Part shown: one piece after another, positions 24,777-37,005 of the stretch
How positions within the stretch are numbered: position 1 is the first letter of the stretch
Layout of the letters: the number at the start of each line of letters is the position of its first letter
NCBI GenBank assembly: GCA_965644265.1
Contig: OZ286465.1
Span: forward strand, 72,106,001 to 72,170,000
Length of the DNA: 64,000 bases
Reading direction: 5' to 3'
Source: Glycera tridactyla
Taxonomy: Eukaryota
Program-made: the position numbers and the translations under genes
The notes under the pieces: generated by a model
The model's database searches: none
What the model was told of the DNA's origin: nothing
What the model saw: only the letters and a program-made list of their open reading frames with translations

Positions 24777-27467
24777 TATGGACGGGATGACGATCCTGGC
24801 AGAGGAAGTGGAAGCGATGATGAATTTGGACAGCACAGAGGAAAAGGAGATAATGATCTGGATAAATACGGACCAGACGGACAAAGAATGGGAAGAGGGA
24901 AAGGTGGAAGGGGTGGAAGTGGACATGGGGGAGATGGAGATGATGATGAATATGGACCAGATGGTAAAAAGAGGGGTAGAGGAGGGCCAGGAGGAGATGG
25001 CGATGATGGATATGGACCAGATGGCAGACTTAGGGGTAGAGGAGGGCCTGGGGGAGATGGAGATGATGATGAATATGGACCGGATGGAAAGAGAAGGGGT
25101 AGAGGAGGGCCTGGAGGAGATGATGACGAATATGGACCGGATGGAAGGAGAAGGGGTAGAGGAGGGCCCGGGGGAGATGGGGATGATGATGAATATGGAC
25201 CGGATGGAAGACGAAGAGGTAGAGGAGGACCTGGGGGAGATGGAGATGATGATGAATATGAATATGGACCAGATGGAAGACAAAGAGGTAGAGGAGGACC
25301 TGGGGGAGATGAAGATGATGACGAATATGGACCAGATGGTAAAAGGAGGGGTAGAGGAGGGCCCAGAGAAGATGGGGATGATGATGAATATGGCCCAGAT
25401 GGTAGACAAAGAGGTAGAGGAGGACCTGGGGGAGACGGAGATGATGACTATGGACCAGATGGGAGACGGAGAGGTAGAGGAGGACGTGGGGGAGATGGAG
25501 ATGATGAGTATGGACCAGGTGGAAGAAGGAGGGGTAGAGGAGGGCCTGGGGGAGATGAAGATGATGATGATGAGTATGGACCAGATGGAAGAAGGAGGGG
25601 TAGAGGAGGGCCCGGGGGAGATGGAGATGATGATGACTATGGACCAGATGGGAGGCGAAGGGGTAGAGGAGGGCCTGGGAGAGATGGAGATGATGATGAA
25701 TATGGACCAGATGGAAAGAGGAGGGGTAGAGGAGGGCCTGGGGGAGATGGAGATAATGATGAGTATGGACCAGGTGGAAGAAGGAGGGGTAGAGGAGGAC
25801 CTGGGGGAGATGGAGATGATGATGAATATGGACCGGATGGAAAGAGGAGGGGTAGAGGAGGGCCTGGGGGAGATGGAGATAATGATGAGTATGGACCAGG
25901 TGGAAGAAGGAGGGGTAGAGGAGGACCTGGGGGAGATGGAGATGATGATGATGTGTATGGACGGGATGGGAGACAAAAGGGTAGAGGAGGACCCGGGGGA
26001 GATGGCGATGATGATGAATATGGACCAGATGGGAGACGAAGAGGTAGAGGAGGGCCTGGAGGAGATGGAGATGATGATGAATATGGACCAGGTGGAAGAC
26101 AAAGAGGTAGAGGAGGACCTGGGGGAGATGAAGATGATGATGAATATGGACCAGATGGGAGACGAAAAGGTAGAGGAGGACCTGAGGGAGATGGAGATGA
26201 TGAATATGGACCAGATGGGAAGAGGAGGGGTAGAGGAGGGCCTGGAGGAGATGGAGATGATGATGGATATGGACCAGATGGAAGAAGGAAGGGTAGAGGA
26301 GGGCTTGGGGGAGATGGAGATGATGATGAATATGGACCGGATGGAAAGAGGAGGGGTAGAGGAGGGCCTGGGGGAGATGGAGATAATGATGAGTATGGAC
26401 CAGGTGGAAAAAGGAGGGGTAGAGGAGGACCTGGGGGAGATGGAGATGATGATGATGATGTGTATGGACGGGATGGGAGACAAAAGGGTAGAGGAGGACC
26501 CGGGGAAGATGGAGATGATGATGAATATGGACCAGATGGGAGACGAAGAGGTAGAGGAGGGCCTAGAGGAGATGAAGATGATGATGAATATGGACCAGGT
26601 GGAAGACAAAGAGGTAGAGGAGGACCCGGGGGAGATGAAGATGATGATGAATATGGACCAGATGGGAGACGAAGAGGTAGAGGAGGACCCGGGGGAGATG
26701 AAGATGATGATGAATATGGACCAGATGGGAGACGAAGGGGTAGAGGAGGGCCTGGAGGAGATGGGGATGATGATGAATATGGACCAGATGGTAGACGGAG
26801 GGGTAGAGGAGGACGTGGGGTAGATGGAGAGGATGATGAATATGGACCGGATGGAAGACGAAGAGGTAGAAGAGGGCCCGGGGGAGATGGAGAGAATGAT
26901 GAATATGGACCAGATGGGAGACGAAGAGGTAGAGGAGGGCCTGGGGGAGATGGTGATGACGAGTATGGACCGGATGGGAGGCGAAGGGGTAGAGGAGGGC
27001 CTGGAGGAGATGATGATGATGATGATGAATATGGACCAGATGGGAGACGAAGGGGTAGAGGAGGACCTGGGGGAGATGGAGATGATGATGAATATGGACG
27101 AGATGGAAGAAGGAAAGGTAGAGGAGGGCACGCGGGAGATGGCGATGGTGATGAATATGGACCGGATGGAAGACGAAGAGGTAGAAGAGGGCCTGGGGGC
27201 GATGGAGATGATGACGAATATGGACCAGATGGGAGTCGAAGGGGTAGAAGAGGACCTGAGGGAGATGGTGATAATGATAAATATGGACCAGATGGCAAGA
27301 GGAGGGGCAGACATGGCAAAGATAAATTTGGACCTGATGGACGCCGGATTGGTGGACATGATGGATCAGAGGACAGTGATGGAGACTATGATCCAGATGG
27401 TGAACTCGGTCCAGATGGCCAGCCTCTAAAAGGCAGAGGGGGAAGGAGAGGTGACAGGGATTTAGAG
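24777..27467 (+). CDS. Phase-0 insert exon (897 aa) built from ~37 tandem copies of YGPDGRRRGRGGPGGDGDDDE
   Basis: Acceptor catttctatcag|tat and donor ttagag|gtacaa; 2,691 nt within ORF 24669..27512; all length variants between repeat units are multiples of 3. Confidence 0.85.
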
Positions 27468-27928
27468 GTACAAATTACCATTATTTCTTGCATCACCATC
27501 TCAAAATTATGATCCGATGAAATCTTTCATATCTTATATATATATTTTTCATGTCATCGGGAAATCAATGATAACTTGGTGGACTTTATTGTCCTATCTT
27601 TGCACCTAATTTGATTATTCATTTCTCCCTTTGGTCGTTCTCTTAGATTTGCATGTGACTTCCTCCTGTTTCCTTGATGTGTATTACGTGCAGGCAGTCC
27701 AGTTCGGCCAACAGAGAAAACATTAGCCAGATCCCCTACCAAGACTTCTTTGTCTTGAGTGCAACAAAAGAGAATGGGGACTCGACTTCTGTATTAAAAT
27801 ATCACAAAACATTAGGGACCATTAGCTGCAACTGGACAGCCTGCGGGACACTAAACAATCAATAATATTTTGAAAGTTAGGAAGTAGAGTTATCTTTTAC
27901 AAACTAAACTCATTATGTGAATTTCTTT

Positions 27929-28079
27929 NNNNNNNNNNNNNNNNNNNNNNNNNNNNNNNNNNNNNNNNNNNNNNNNNNNNNNNNNNNNNNNNNNNNNNNN
28001 NNNNNNNNNNNNNNNNNNNNNNNNNNNNNNNNNNNNNNNNNNNNNNNNNNNNNNNNNNNNNNNNNNNNNNNNNNNNNNN
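27929..28079. other. Assembly gap (N run)
   Basis: 151 consecutive N. Confidence 0.98.
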
Positions 28080-28892
28080 TGTCATTCATCTGTTCTGTAC
28101 TCTTCCTTTAACCCAGCCGGTACTGAATGGCGGTCTGGGCTCGGCACCTTCTCATAGACACAAGGTATAAACAGTGTTCCTTCCATTTTTTTTCACAATG
28201 AAAGCAAATCAATATAAATGCTTCTTATAAGGGTGCAGAATGATATAACTGTTTCACATAGGCATATATTTCACTCATAATATAGGCTTTCTAATTCACA
28301 AATAATGGATATACCTATTCATAACAGGCTGTGATTGAGATACTCTAGCACATATGTTGGGTGTTCAGGCACTTCCTTACCTGATGTAGCTTACCTGCAT
28401 CCCGTGACAGAGGATATATAAAATATAATGAAAAAAACTATTATGATTGTAAAATGCTGGTTTCAGAAGTTAGTATAGTATGGTGATGTAGAAGTCGGCA
28501 AAGTTGTTAATCCCATAAGCATATATATGTTCCAAATACCCATCTGAGAAAGGTCTTGCTTCCATGTCTAATTCAAGCACCTTAGCCCGCAATTTCATGA
28601 AAAGTATGACATATTTCTCCTATTATGAACTTAAATTCAGGTCAAGATGCCAAGTAGCTTTCCCAGAAAAATTTGTCTGATATCGTAAATTATGATTTTG
28701 GGAAAGGTTTTCATTTAGAACTCATATCTCACTTGACAAGGTTATATATATTCACTGTTCAAACTCCCATCAAGTGCAAACCGACCATTAACTTTTGCTT
28801 GGTAGAACATTCGCATTTTCTAACACATATCCACCTATAGATATCAGCTTTTTTCTACTTGACAACCTGTCCCCATCATTTTGTGTTGAATA

Positions 28893-29074
28893 TACAGTCG
28901 AACCTCCCTATAAAGACCGCCTTCGGTTGCATCAAAACATGGCCTTTATAGGGAGGTGGTCTTTATAGAGAGGTCATTTACTGTTGAAAATACTACTATG
29001 GTCACACTTCAGGGCGGTCTTTATAGGGAGGTGGTCTTTATAGAAAGGTGGTCTTTAGAGGAGGTTAGACTGTA
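28893..29074. mobile_element. TA-flanked MITE (Tc1/mariner/pogo-like ends TACAGTCGAACC...GGTTAGACTGTA)
   Basis: Terminal inverted repeats (TIRs) plus internal direct and inverted ctataaagacc motifs; related copies occur elsewhere in the window. Confidence 0.75.
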
Positions 29075-29569
29075 TGTGAGAATGATGCTTGTAGGGGACA
29101 CAGCATTCAGCTTCAATGATCTGGGAGACACACTACACTTATAATCACACATACACACACACACACACTCACACACACACACATGCGCGCGCGCGTGCAC
29201 ACATGCACAGAATACATGGATAGACTATTCCTCATCACCTTGACCAACATATATTTGCATGAATGCACACAACATGCACACACTGTGATGCATTGAACCA
29301 GCCACCCAGCCATGGAGAAGGGGGGTGGGGGTATTAAAAGGTGGGTCCGGGTCATAATACCATCAAGCGGGCAGGCTGATCCAAGGCAACATATGGTATC
29401 TAGGTGGAACACATGTGATGCATTATGGTCACTAGTAGTTTGTTGATACACTACTAAGGATACCTTTATAACCAGGTATAGCTGGACTGATCCCAATCTA
29501 CCCATGCAAGTTAACCAGTATCAATGGATCAGGGTAAGTGTCTGCTATACCTTACATGATAACCCCCCT

Positions 29570-29591
29570 GTGTGTGTGGCTGGGTGTGTGT

Positions 29592-29650
<59 letters not shown>
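29570..29650. repeat. (GT)n microsatellite
   Basis: Long tgtgtg run. Confidence 0.95.
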
Positions 29651-29654
<4 letters not shown>

Positions 29655-31559
29655 CACACCAGGTATCATGATACAATGTTATCTGGGGGTTGTACATTGC
29701 CAGGCTTATAGCTGCTCACTGAGCATCTCTTTCAGAGAGATGACTCTGTGGCACAGAGGTCAGAGGTGCTAACAGTGAGTTACTGACAGGAGTGACTTAT
29801 CATTCAAAGGTTATGGGTTTGACCCTACTGAAACCCGAAAATTTTTCTTTGCCATTATGTTTGGGGGTTGGGGCTAGGGGTGGAATCAATTGTGGGTGTA
29901 TGTGTGGTGGGAGGGTGGGGGGGGGGGGGGTGAGGGGTTGAGAGTGCTCATGTGCACATTGTATTTCTCAGTGTCAGTTCTGACTGCTGTTTGATGTTTG
30001 TGGGAGAAGTTGAAGGTGAAAATCACCAGTGCACGTACCTTTGCTTACATCCTACCCTCATCACTTGGAGATGGACAAAAACTCCCCAACTATGTTATGT
30101 ATTTGTAAGTTGTATTGGTGTATGCATATATAACATGGTTGCTACATTGATCATCATTGCCATTTTGTGGGTTTAGTTGGTCACCAGAAATAACATGCTT
30201 TTTCTGTTCTTTATTGCAGAAATTATTTTCACCATGCTGCATTCTAACTGTTTATTAATGCCATTTTATTGTATTCACCATGGTAATTCATTGCCCTCCC
30301 CTGCATGAACATCCACTATGATTTGATATTGCTGAATATTGAACTTTTATGATAAATACCGAATATGTGATGCAGATTATGTTGATTGTTGGAAAGGTTG
30401 GCTCATAAGATCACGAGCATGTCATCAGATTATACTTCTTGTTGAATTTTACCAACAATTAGCAGAATCCATCAGTATTTGAATCAACTACATCAAAATA
30501 TTTTTTCTGTTCCTATATATCATGGACAGTCTTTTAAGATTGTGATCAATGAATCAAAAATATGAGTATTGACTGAAAAAAATCACATATTTTTCTTCCT
30601 GGTTTTGCATAGTTATTTTCTGTTGTGTAATCTGTATTACATGCTTGTGTCATCTAGTGGGTTATATTTCTGAGAATAATATGATCCATGAGTCTAGATA
30701 TACATTTGTTATGTTGCAAGTGGGTTCTAACCTCCATTCATCATGTTGGTCTTCTTTCTTGACTTGTTCTATATGCATTATGTATAATGATGATATTCAT
30801 TGATTATTTTGTACCAGTGAATCTGATTATTAATGTACCTTTTCTGTTAGAAAATGTGGAGATGGTTTATGTTTTACACTCAAATGTAATCAGAATTTGT
30901 TTTCGTTCCTGCATATTTTGTATATGATGTTTGTGAATTTTGCCATTTCTTCATTATCCGGAGGTATATATTTGTTATGAATATGTTATTAGGAAGATTT
31001 GTGTTCATGTACAGTATGTTTGTAGGAAAACAAATAGATAGAATTCCGCTCCAATTTATGAGAATTAACAGATAATCCCAAATTCTAAAATGTTCTCAGC
31101 CTTCATTTGGCATTTTATATTCACATGAAAAACTATCGGTGGAAAAATGTGGCTTCTTATTGTGTCCCACATCCACATCTTGAGCCTCACAAGGTGGTAC
31201 TGACAGGTTTTATTTCCCTGCTGCCATTGCCATTAATCTGTGAGATGCTCACACCTGAAGATCTTATGAATTTTGTTAATGTAGATGCTGCTTAAAATAT
31301 TCAATAATCTGATCAGATATGAGTTAAGAATCAGAGGAAGGGAAGAATTTTCCCCAAAAACTACATCAATAGCTGTAATTTGTTGCATAAAGTCATTATG
31401 ATTGTCTTTTTTCTCTGACAGTAATTCAGTTAATGCTAAATTCATATCTACGTTTAAGTCCATTTGATAATCTTAATATTCTGCGCTTGGATAATTTTCA
31501 TTTATTTATTATGTTCCCTTATGTATATTCTGTTTTATTTTTTCCTTACTTCAATTTAG

Positions 31560-31613
31560 AATGGTGTGAATGGTGATGCCAGTACTGATGAGGAGAATCC
31601 AAATGCTGAGGAG
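31560..31613 (+). CDS. Phase-0 mini-exon (18 aa, NGVNGDASTDEENPNAEE); last insert exon seen before Ig5
   Basis: Long polypyrimidine tract tttttccttacttcaatttag|aat and donor gaggag|gtataa; 54 nt, stop-free. Confidence 0.65.
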
Positions 31614-33644
31614 GTATAACCTAGTTACCCACTTCTATATCTGGCCAATCACAAGTGCCTTTTCTAGGTCAAATGCCAGCCAACTAGGGCATTGCTAACT
31701 GGGTCACTTTGGCATTGTAGAATCATCTCCATCTACTGTAGCTGCTGTTTAAATTTCTCAGGCATTATTCTTCTTTCATCAGATATTCTTTGTCTTAACT
31801 TCAAGGGTACTAGTCTTCTGTGTAGATGCTTTTCTATATCTCAGGTGTATGAATGAGATTGCTTGATTGCAAACAGTTTTGAGCCTCATACCAAGTAGTC
31901 ACAGTGACTGAGCACCCTAACGTTCATTCAGGGTTTTGAGTTATCAACTCTTCCAAAATTCTGAATAAGCGGATGCAGGGAAGACCAACATCTGGGACCA
32001 GTCACTTGAAATGTCTGAACAGATGCAGACATAGTCATCACTTATTCACTGCTCCAGTTTGATTCACTCTCATTGAATTTGGAAACTGTTCCCTGTCTCC
32101 AAATAAGGGTTCACACTCTCCAACATTTCCTAGGCAGTGTTAATAGAGAAAAACAAGTTTTTGCCTTGAATATTTGGAGATAATTTATCTCTTGGAAATT
32201 TATGTATGATTGATGCTACTAAAATCAACTGGGCAGAGGGAGTTCTGCTTATTAGATGAAATTTGCTCAGACATTGGTTTGGGAGGCAAAAAATATTCTT
32301 ACCATGCATTGTGTGTGTGGTTGTGTGTGTGCGTGCGTGCACCCCAGCGTACATGTACCTGGGACTGTGTGTACGATGCTGCTAGTCAGGTGTTGGGATG
32401 AAGCATTTCCTCTGAATACATATGTCTATCAATTCTGGTGGGGTTGCTGTCATATTATTCCATTTCTGACATTCTTGGGTGAGATCTGGTTCAATCTGCT
32501 TGTAGAATTATTAACCTACTCATGATCATTTCTACATTGCAGGTGCTCAGAGTGAGGTGGCCAGTCCTTGGGCTATACTAACATGGTTGTGGAAGGGGCT
32601 CCCATCAGTCTATATTATCCCCCCCCCCCCCCCCCCCCCCCATCATCACTGCTGCTCGCTTCTATATTGGACAAAACCATCCATGAGCTAGCCTTAATTG
32701 ATAGCAGAGATATGCCAAATGAGTGATTCATTATGCACCCCTATCAGCACACCCATGATGTATTGTATCTTATCGGCCATGTAGTCTTGCTATATAAGAG
32801 TATAAGTAAAGCAAAAACTGTTATTTGCGCACAAAAAAGAGATCATAGAGGACTGTAGACCATATTACATACTCATACAATGAGTTTTCAAAGCAGCATA
32901 AATACACCATAAATGGAAAGTAATGGAAAGATTATTAATATAAGGAGAAAATGCTATGCGATCTGCATGTACTCATTTCAGTGAACTTGAAAGTGAATGT
33001 TGTAAACTGTACATGTGTATTACGTCCTTTATGGGCATGCTGCTTGGCATCGCATAAGGGCGCATACCTGGACTATCTCTTGTGTTGTTGAAAAAAAGAC
33101 CAGCCAACATCACCAGCAAGCTCACTCCTACCATTCTATTTTTGGTCACTAATGGGGAAATCCAGTAGCACTGGGATACCCGAGTAATCATATATATATA
33201 TTTTGCTGTCATATTGCTTAGCTGATTCGAATGACCTTGGTTTCATCAGATCATGATGTGATTTTCTTTTCATCAGGATGATTGTTTTCATTGTTTATTA
33301 CTGTAAGAATCTGATATGAAAGTGTTTTTCACAATGTTATTTGAATATGATGTGGATTTGTTTTGATATTTGTAATGATTTGAAATAATATTTATGTCAT
33401 ATCTTTACTGCTTAATATTGATGCCTTATACATAATGTACATGAAGCAATGTCTCTGAATTCCCTTGATTTTACGATCACATGTGTTATTCGAATAAGAA
33501 TGAATTAATGTATCATTTGATACTTGCCGTACATGTACTGGTTGCTGGTTTATTGCATTCCACCTATATCTTGTTTGTATAATTTTGTATAGATTACTGT
33601 GTTGACTGCAGAATTATGACACTTTTTTCTTCTTTTCTGTGCAG

Positions 33645-33902
33645 GTGATTGCCACTGGACCTGGTTTGGAGAAGCAGGGTGTCACCGTCAACAAATGGGC
33701 CGAGTTCTCGATCGATGCACGCCGTGCCGGAAAGGCGCCACTCTCGGTGAAGTGCATGGATGCTGAATACAATCCTGTGGATGTGATTGTCAAGGACAAC
33801 CATGATGGGACCTACTGGTGCCAGTACATGCCCACCAAGAACATCAAGCACACCATCACCATCACATGGGGCAACGTCTCCATCCCCAACAGCCCCTTCA
33901 GG
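33645..33902 (+). CDS. FLNA: Filamin exon: Ig-like repeat equivalent to FLNA Ig5 (VIATGPGLEKQGVTVNKWAEF...SIPNSPFR)
   Basis: Acceptor ttcttttctgtgcag|gtg (phase 0) and donor agg|gtcagt. Close match to recalled FLNA VKARGPGLEKTGVAVNKPAEF...KHTAMVSWGGVSIPNSPFR. Confidence 0.95.
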
Positions 33903-33938
33903 GTCAGTCCATTTTCTGATTTATTCCAACTTTTCAAG

Positions 33939-34119
33939 TACAGTCGAACCTGCTCTAAAAACCAACTCTCTATAAAGACCACCTTCAGTCACATCAAAGA
34001 GTGGCCGTTATAGGGAGGTGGTCTTTATAGAGAGGCCATTAACAGTAGAAAATAATACCATGGTCGCAGCTCAGGGTGGTCTTTATAGGGAGGTGGTCTT
34101 TGGAGGAGGTTTGACTGTA
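33939..34119. mobile_element. TA-flanked MITE, same family as 28893
   Basis: tacagtcgaacctgctc...gaggtttgactgta, 36 bp downstream of the Ig5 donor. Confidence 0.75.
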
Positions 34120-36430
34120 CATGTATCCGTAGTGGTTCAAACAGGAGCTGGAACACAATGTTTGCATTCTTGGTAGTTCATTCAGGACAACTTTTGTGAT
34201 GTCGTTGCGAAATTTGTGGTCATGCTGGGTCAGTTTTCCTCGGATTTTTATGGTCTGTGGGTGAAGTTTGGGTTTATTGGGCCATGGAAGTGGTATCTTT
34301 GCATTGCTTTAGAATCAAATGTTCTAAGTGGCTAATATAAAGTCATTTTGATTTATTCATGGGAATTGACCAACAACATGGGTTGTATGATTGACTATCA
34401 CCTCACACGTGTATTTGTAAGTTATAGATAATTTTTTCAAATTGGCATTCAGCATTCCAAATATATTCCTCATTAATTCAGAAATTTACTTCTTCATGTC
34501 ACTTACATGAAAGCTTTATTCTTGAAGGGAACTTGTCTCAAAAGTGTTTTTGTACAGGGACAATATTTCATCTAAGGAAATGATCTTGGATTAATACCAA
34601 TTATATTTAGATTTTCCTGACCCAAGTACATTTCCCACCTTTCCATGAAGAAGGGTGAGTTATATCAAGGATATCAAGATGGAATGGTAAACATCAATAC
34701 ATGTTAGTTCACCCATAATGAGCTCATGAAATTAGAGGGGCTGCATGAATCAATTATCACCCGGAACTGGTGTAATGTATCCTCAATATTGGAAGTATGT
34801 TATGCAGCATTGAGCAGTTATAATTGGTCGAGATACATCATGTCCGAACTAAGAACAATCTATATTCAATTATCATCAATTATACATCTCTGTGGGATGT
34901 ATGATAAGAATGGTATGAACGGGTTTTGATGAGAGTAATACTTATGTGAGTAGTCTCACTATCTGTTTGAAGGATGTGGTGGAAGTGGACGAAGTAAGTG
35001 AAACTGGTATTAAGTTTCTTAATTAAGGATAAAGGAAAGATGGGGGGGGGGGGGTGGAAGAAGGATAGGGGCCGCACTTTTCAGGATTAATTTCATGTTT
35101 TCATAGTATAAATGTCACTCTTTCTACTGGAAAAAGCTCAGTAGCCATGCCAGTTTTCCATCTTGTGTTATTCACATTTTATATCTGTTTATTTCTGGTA
35201 ATTCGGTTATTCAGACTGGCACTGGGAACATATGAGAGATAAGACTGGCACTTGTATTCGTCGCAGTTATAGATTTCAACATTTCATTTATATTTTGAAC
35301 AAGTATACTAATCAAAAAAATGGATTAAGATCTTGCACATGTAGAAGTGAGTCATCTTTATAAAACTCATATCCTTAGTAATCACTTTGACTAGTGTTTC
35401 AAGTTGCCACACTTACATACATTGGGCCGCATTTTCACCACTACGGCACAGACTATGGAATGATACGGGAAATCTTACTTTGAAAAATTGCTGGACTATA
35501 TGGCAACCAAAACGTTGATAGAAGGCTGAAGTATATAGGGATTGAAACAATCTGAGTTTGTTCTTGTACATGGATAAGATTATTTCCAAATATTAACATT
35601 CATTATGTCATTCTGACTAACTCTGTTTTATTCTATTATGAGATGTAAGCTTACTTACCCAAGAATTCTGTCTGTTGCATGGTCTCGCATTGACTTATAA
35701 GAATCAACTGGAGGAAGGTTTATGGTTGAATCACATTAACAAATGCTTCGCGAAAAGAAAGATAATATCATATGTTCTACATATGCATGCAGGTGATCTT
35801 GTCATAATCAATTAAGTGAGTGCTCATACAGAGCATTCCTGTGATTCTTTCATCCACATTTTACCATCTGGATGTAGAATTTGTTCGAAAAAAATTTCAT
35901 CATCAGGAAGAGACTCAAAATTGACTCGTGAGACAAGAACTGGTCATCATAAATTCAGAGCCTAATTTGAATGTTGTCTGTACTCCAGCAATCATGGCGT
36001 TTTATAAGTGTATGCATAGCATACTTCTATCACATATTTGGATTGTGAGTTGTCAGCTCACTGCATCCAAGCAGGAGTACTTTCACATTGCAATATATAC
36101 ATATGTCTGACTTTCATGCATCAGAGTGCGGGAACATTTGCATAGAGTTCAGGTTGTGTGCTACAGATCAACTGTACAGATCAGAGAGATAGGAAGTGTT
36201 TTGATGCATGATTGTGGGTTGATTGTCATCAGCTGTAGTCCTGCCTTATGTGAAATTAGTGAAATTGAAGGTATACAGGTTGTATCATGTCTTGGTTCAA
36301 CTGCAGATAGACATCCAGCATCCTTTCTGAAATTACCTCTTTCTTAGTGACCCCCAAAGACAGAAACTTCAGTGGACATACAATGTAGTTGTTGATTCTA
36401 TCTTATGGTATTTTTGTTTGGTTTTGATAG

Positions 36431-36776
36431 GTATATGTGCAGGAGGCCAGTAACCCAGCCAATGTCAAGGTCTTCGGACCTGCCCTTGAGGGACCCGTCA
36501 AAACGTTCAGCCCAACTCATCTCATTGTCGACTGCTCGCAAGCTGGACCCGGCGATGTCGCCATCGCACTCACGGACGAGCGCGGTCTCGACGTACCCGT
36601 TCACACCACAGATAACAACAACAACACCTTCCGTATTGACTTTGAGCCACGCACAGTTGGAATGTACACATGCAGTGTCTTCTTCGCCGAGCAGGAGATT
36701 CCAAGCTCGCCCTACCAGATCAAGGTCGAGCCCAGCATTGACCTCAGCAAGGTCCATGTAGATGGACTGGAAAAGA
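36431..36776 (+). CDS. FLNA: Filamin exon: Ig6-like repeat running directly into the start of an Ig8-like repeat
   Basis: Acceptor ttttgatag|gta and donor aaga|gtaagt (phase 1). Reads VYVQEASNPANVKVFGP...VDCSQAGPGDV...SPYQIKVEPSIDLSKVHVDGLEK. Confidence 0.92.
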
Positions 36777-36850
36777 GTAAGTCCAAGTATTCTGTTTAAT
36801 TCATATAACTATTATGATCCATGGGCAATAGGTCCATCAAATATGCCAAT

Positions 36851-37005
36851 NNNNNNNNNNNNNNNNNNNNNNNNNNNNNNNNNNNNNNNNNNNNNNNNNN
36901 NNNNNNNNNNNNNNNNNNNNNNNNNNNNNNNNNNNNNNNNNNNNNNNNNNNNNNNNNNNNNNNNNNNNNNNNNNNNNNNNNNNNNNNNNNNNNNNNNNNN
37001 NNNNN
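36851..37005. other. Assembly gap (N run)
   Basis: 155 consecutive N. Confidence 0.98.

Noticed and set aside
24940-27300. CRISPR-like regularly spaced repeats
   Set aside because: Contiguous coding tandem repeats without unique spacers, in a eukaryotic gene with no cas genes.
24687-27429. Long alternative-frame ORFs over the RGG exon (681+201 aa M/E/D-rich on +; 890 and 560 aa S/P/I-rich on -)
   Set aside because: The purine-rich 63-bp unit lacks stops in these frames by composition. Only the YGPDG frame matches the phase-0 splice sites and the motifs of neighbouring exons.
29747-29845. Degenerate tRNA-derived SINE head (A-box-like tggcacagagg, B-box-like gggtttgaccc)
   Set aside because: Boxes are imperfect, there is no cloverleaf, and no second copy in the window.
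32543-32585. Candidate exon after cattgcag at 32542
   Set aside because: Phase-0 reading stops after 12 codons (VLRVRWPVLGLY*), with no convincing donor and no compositional link to the insert.
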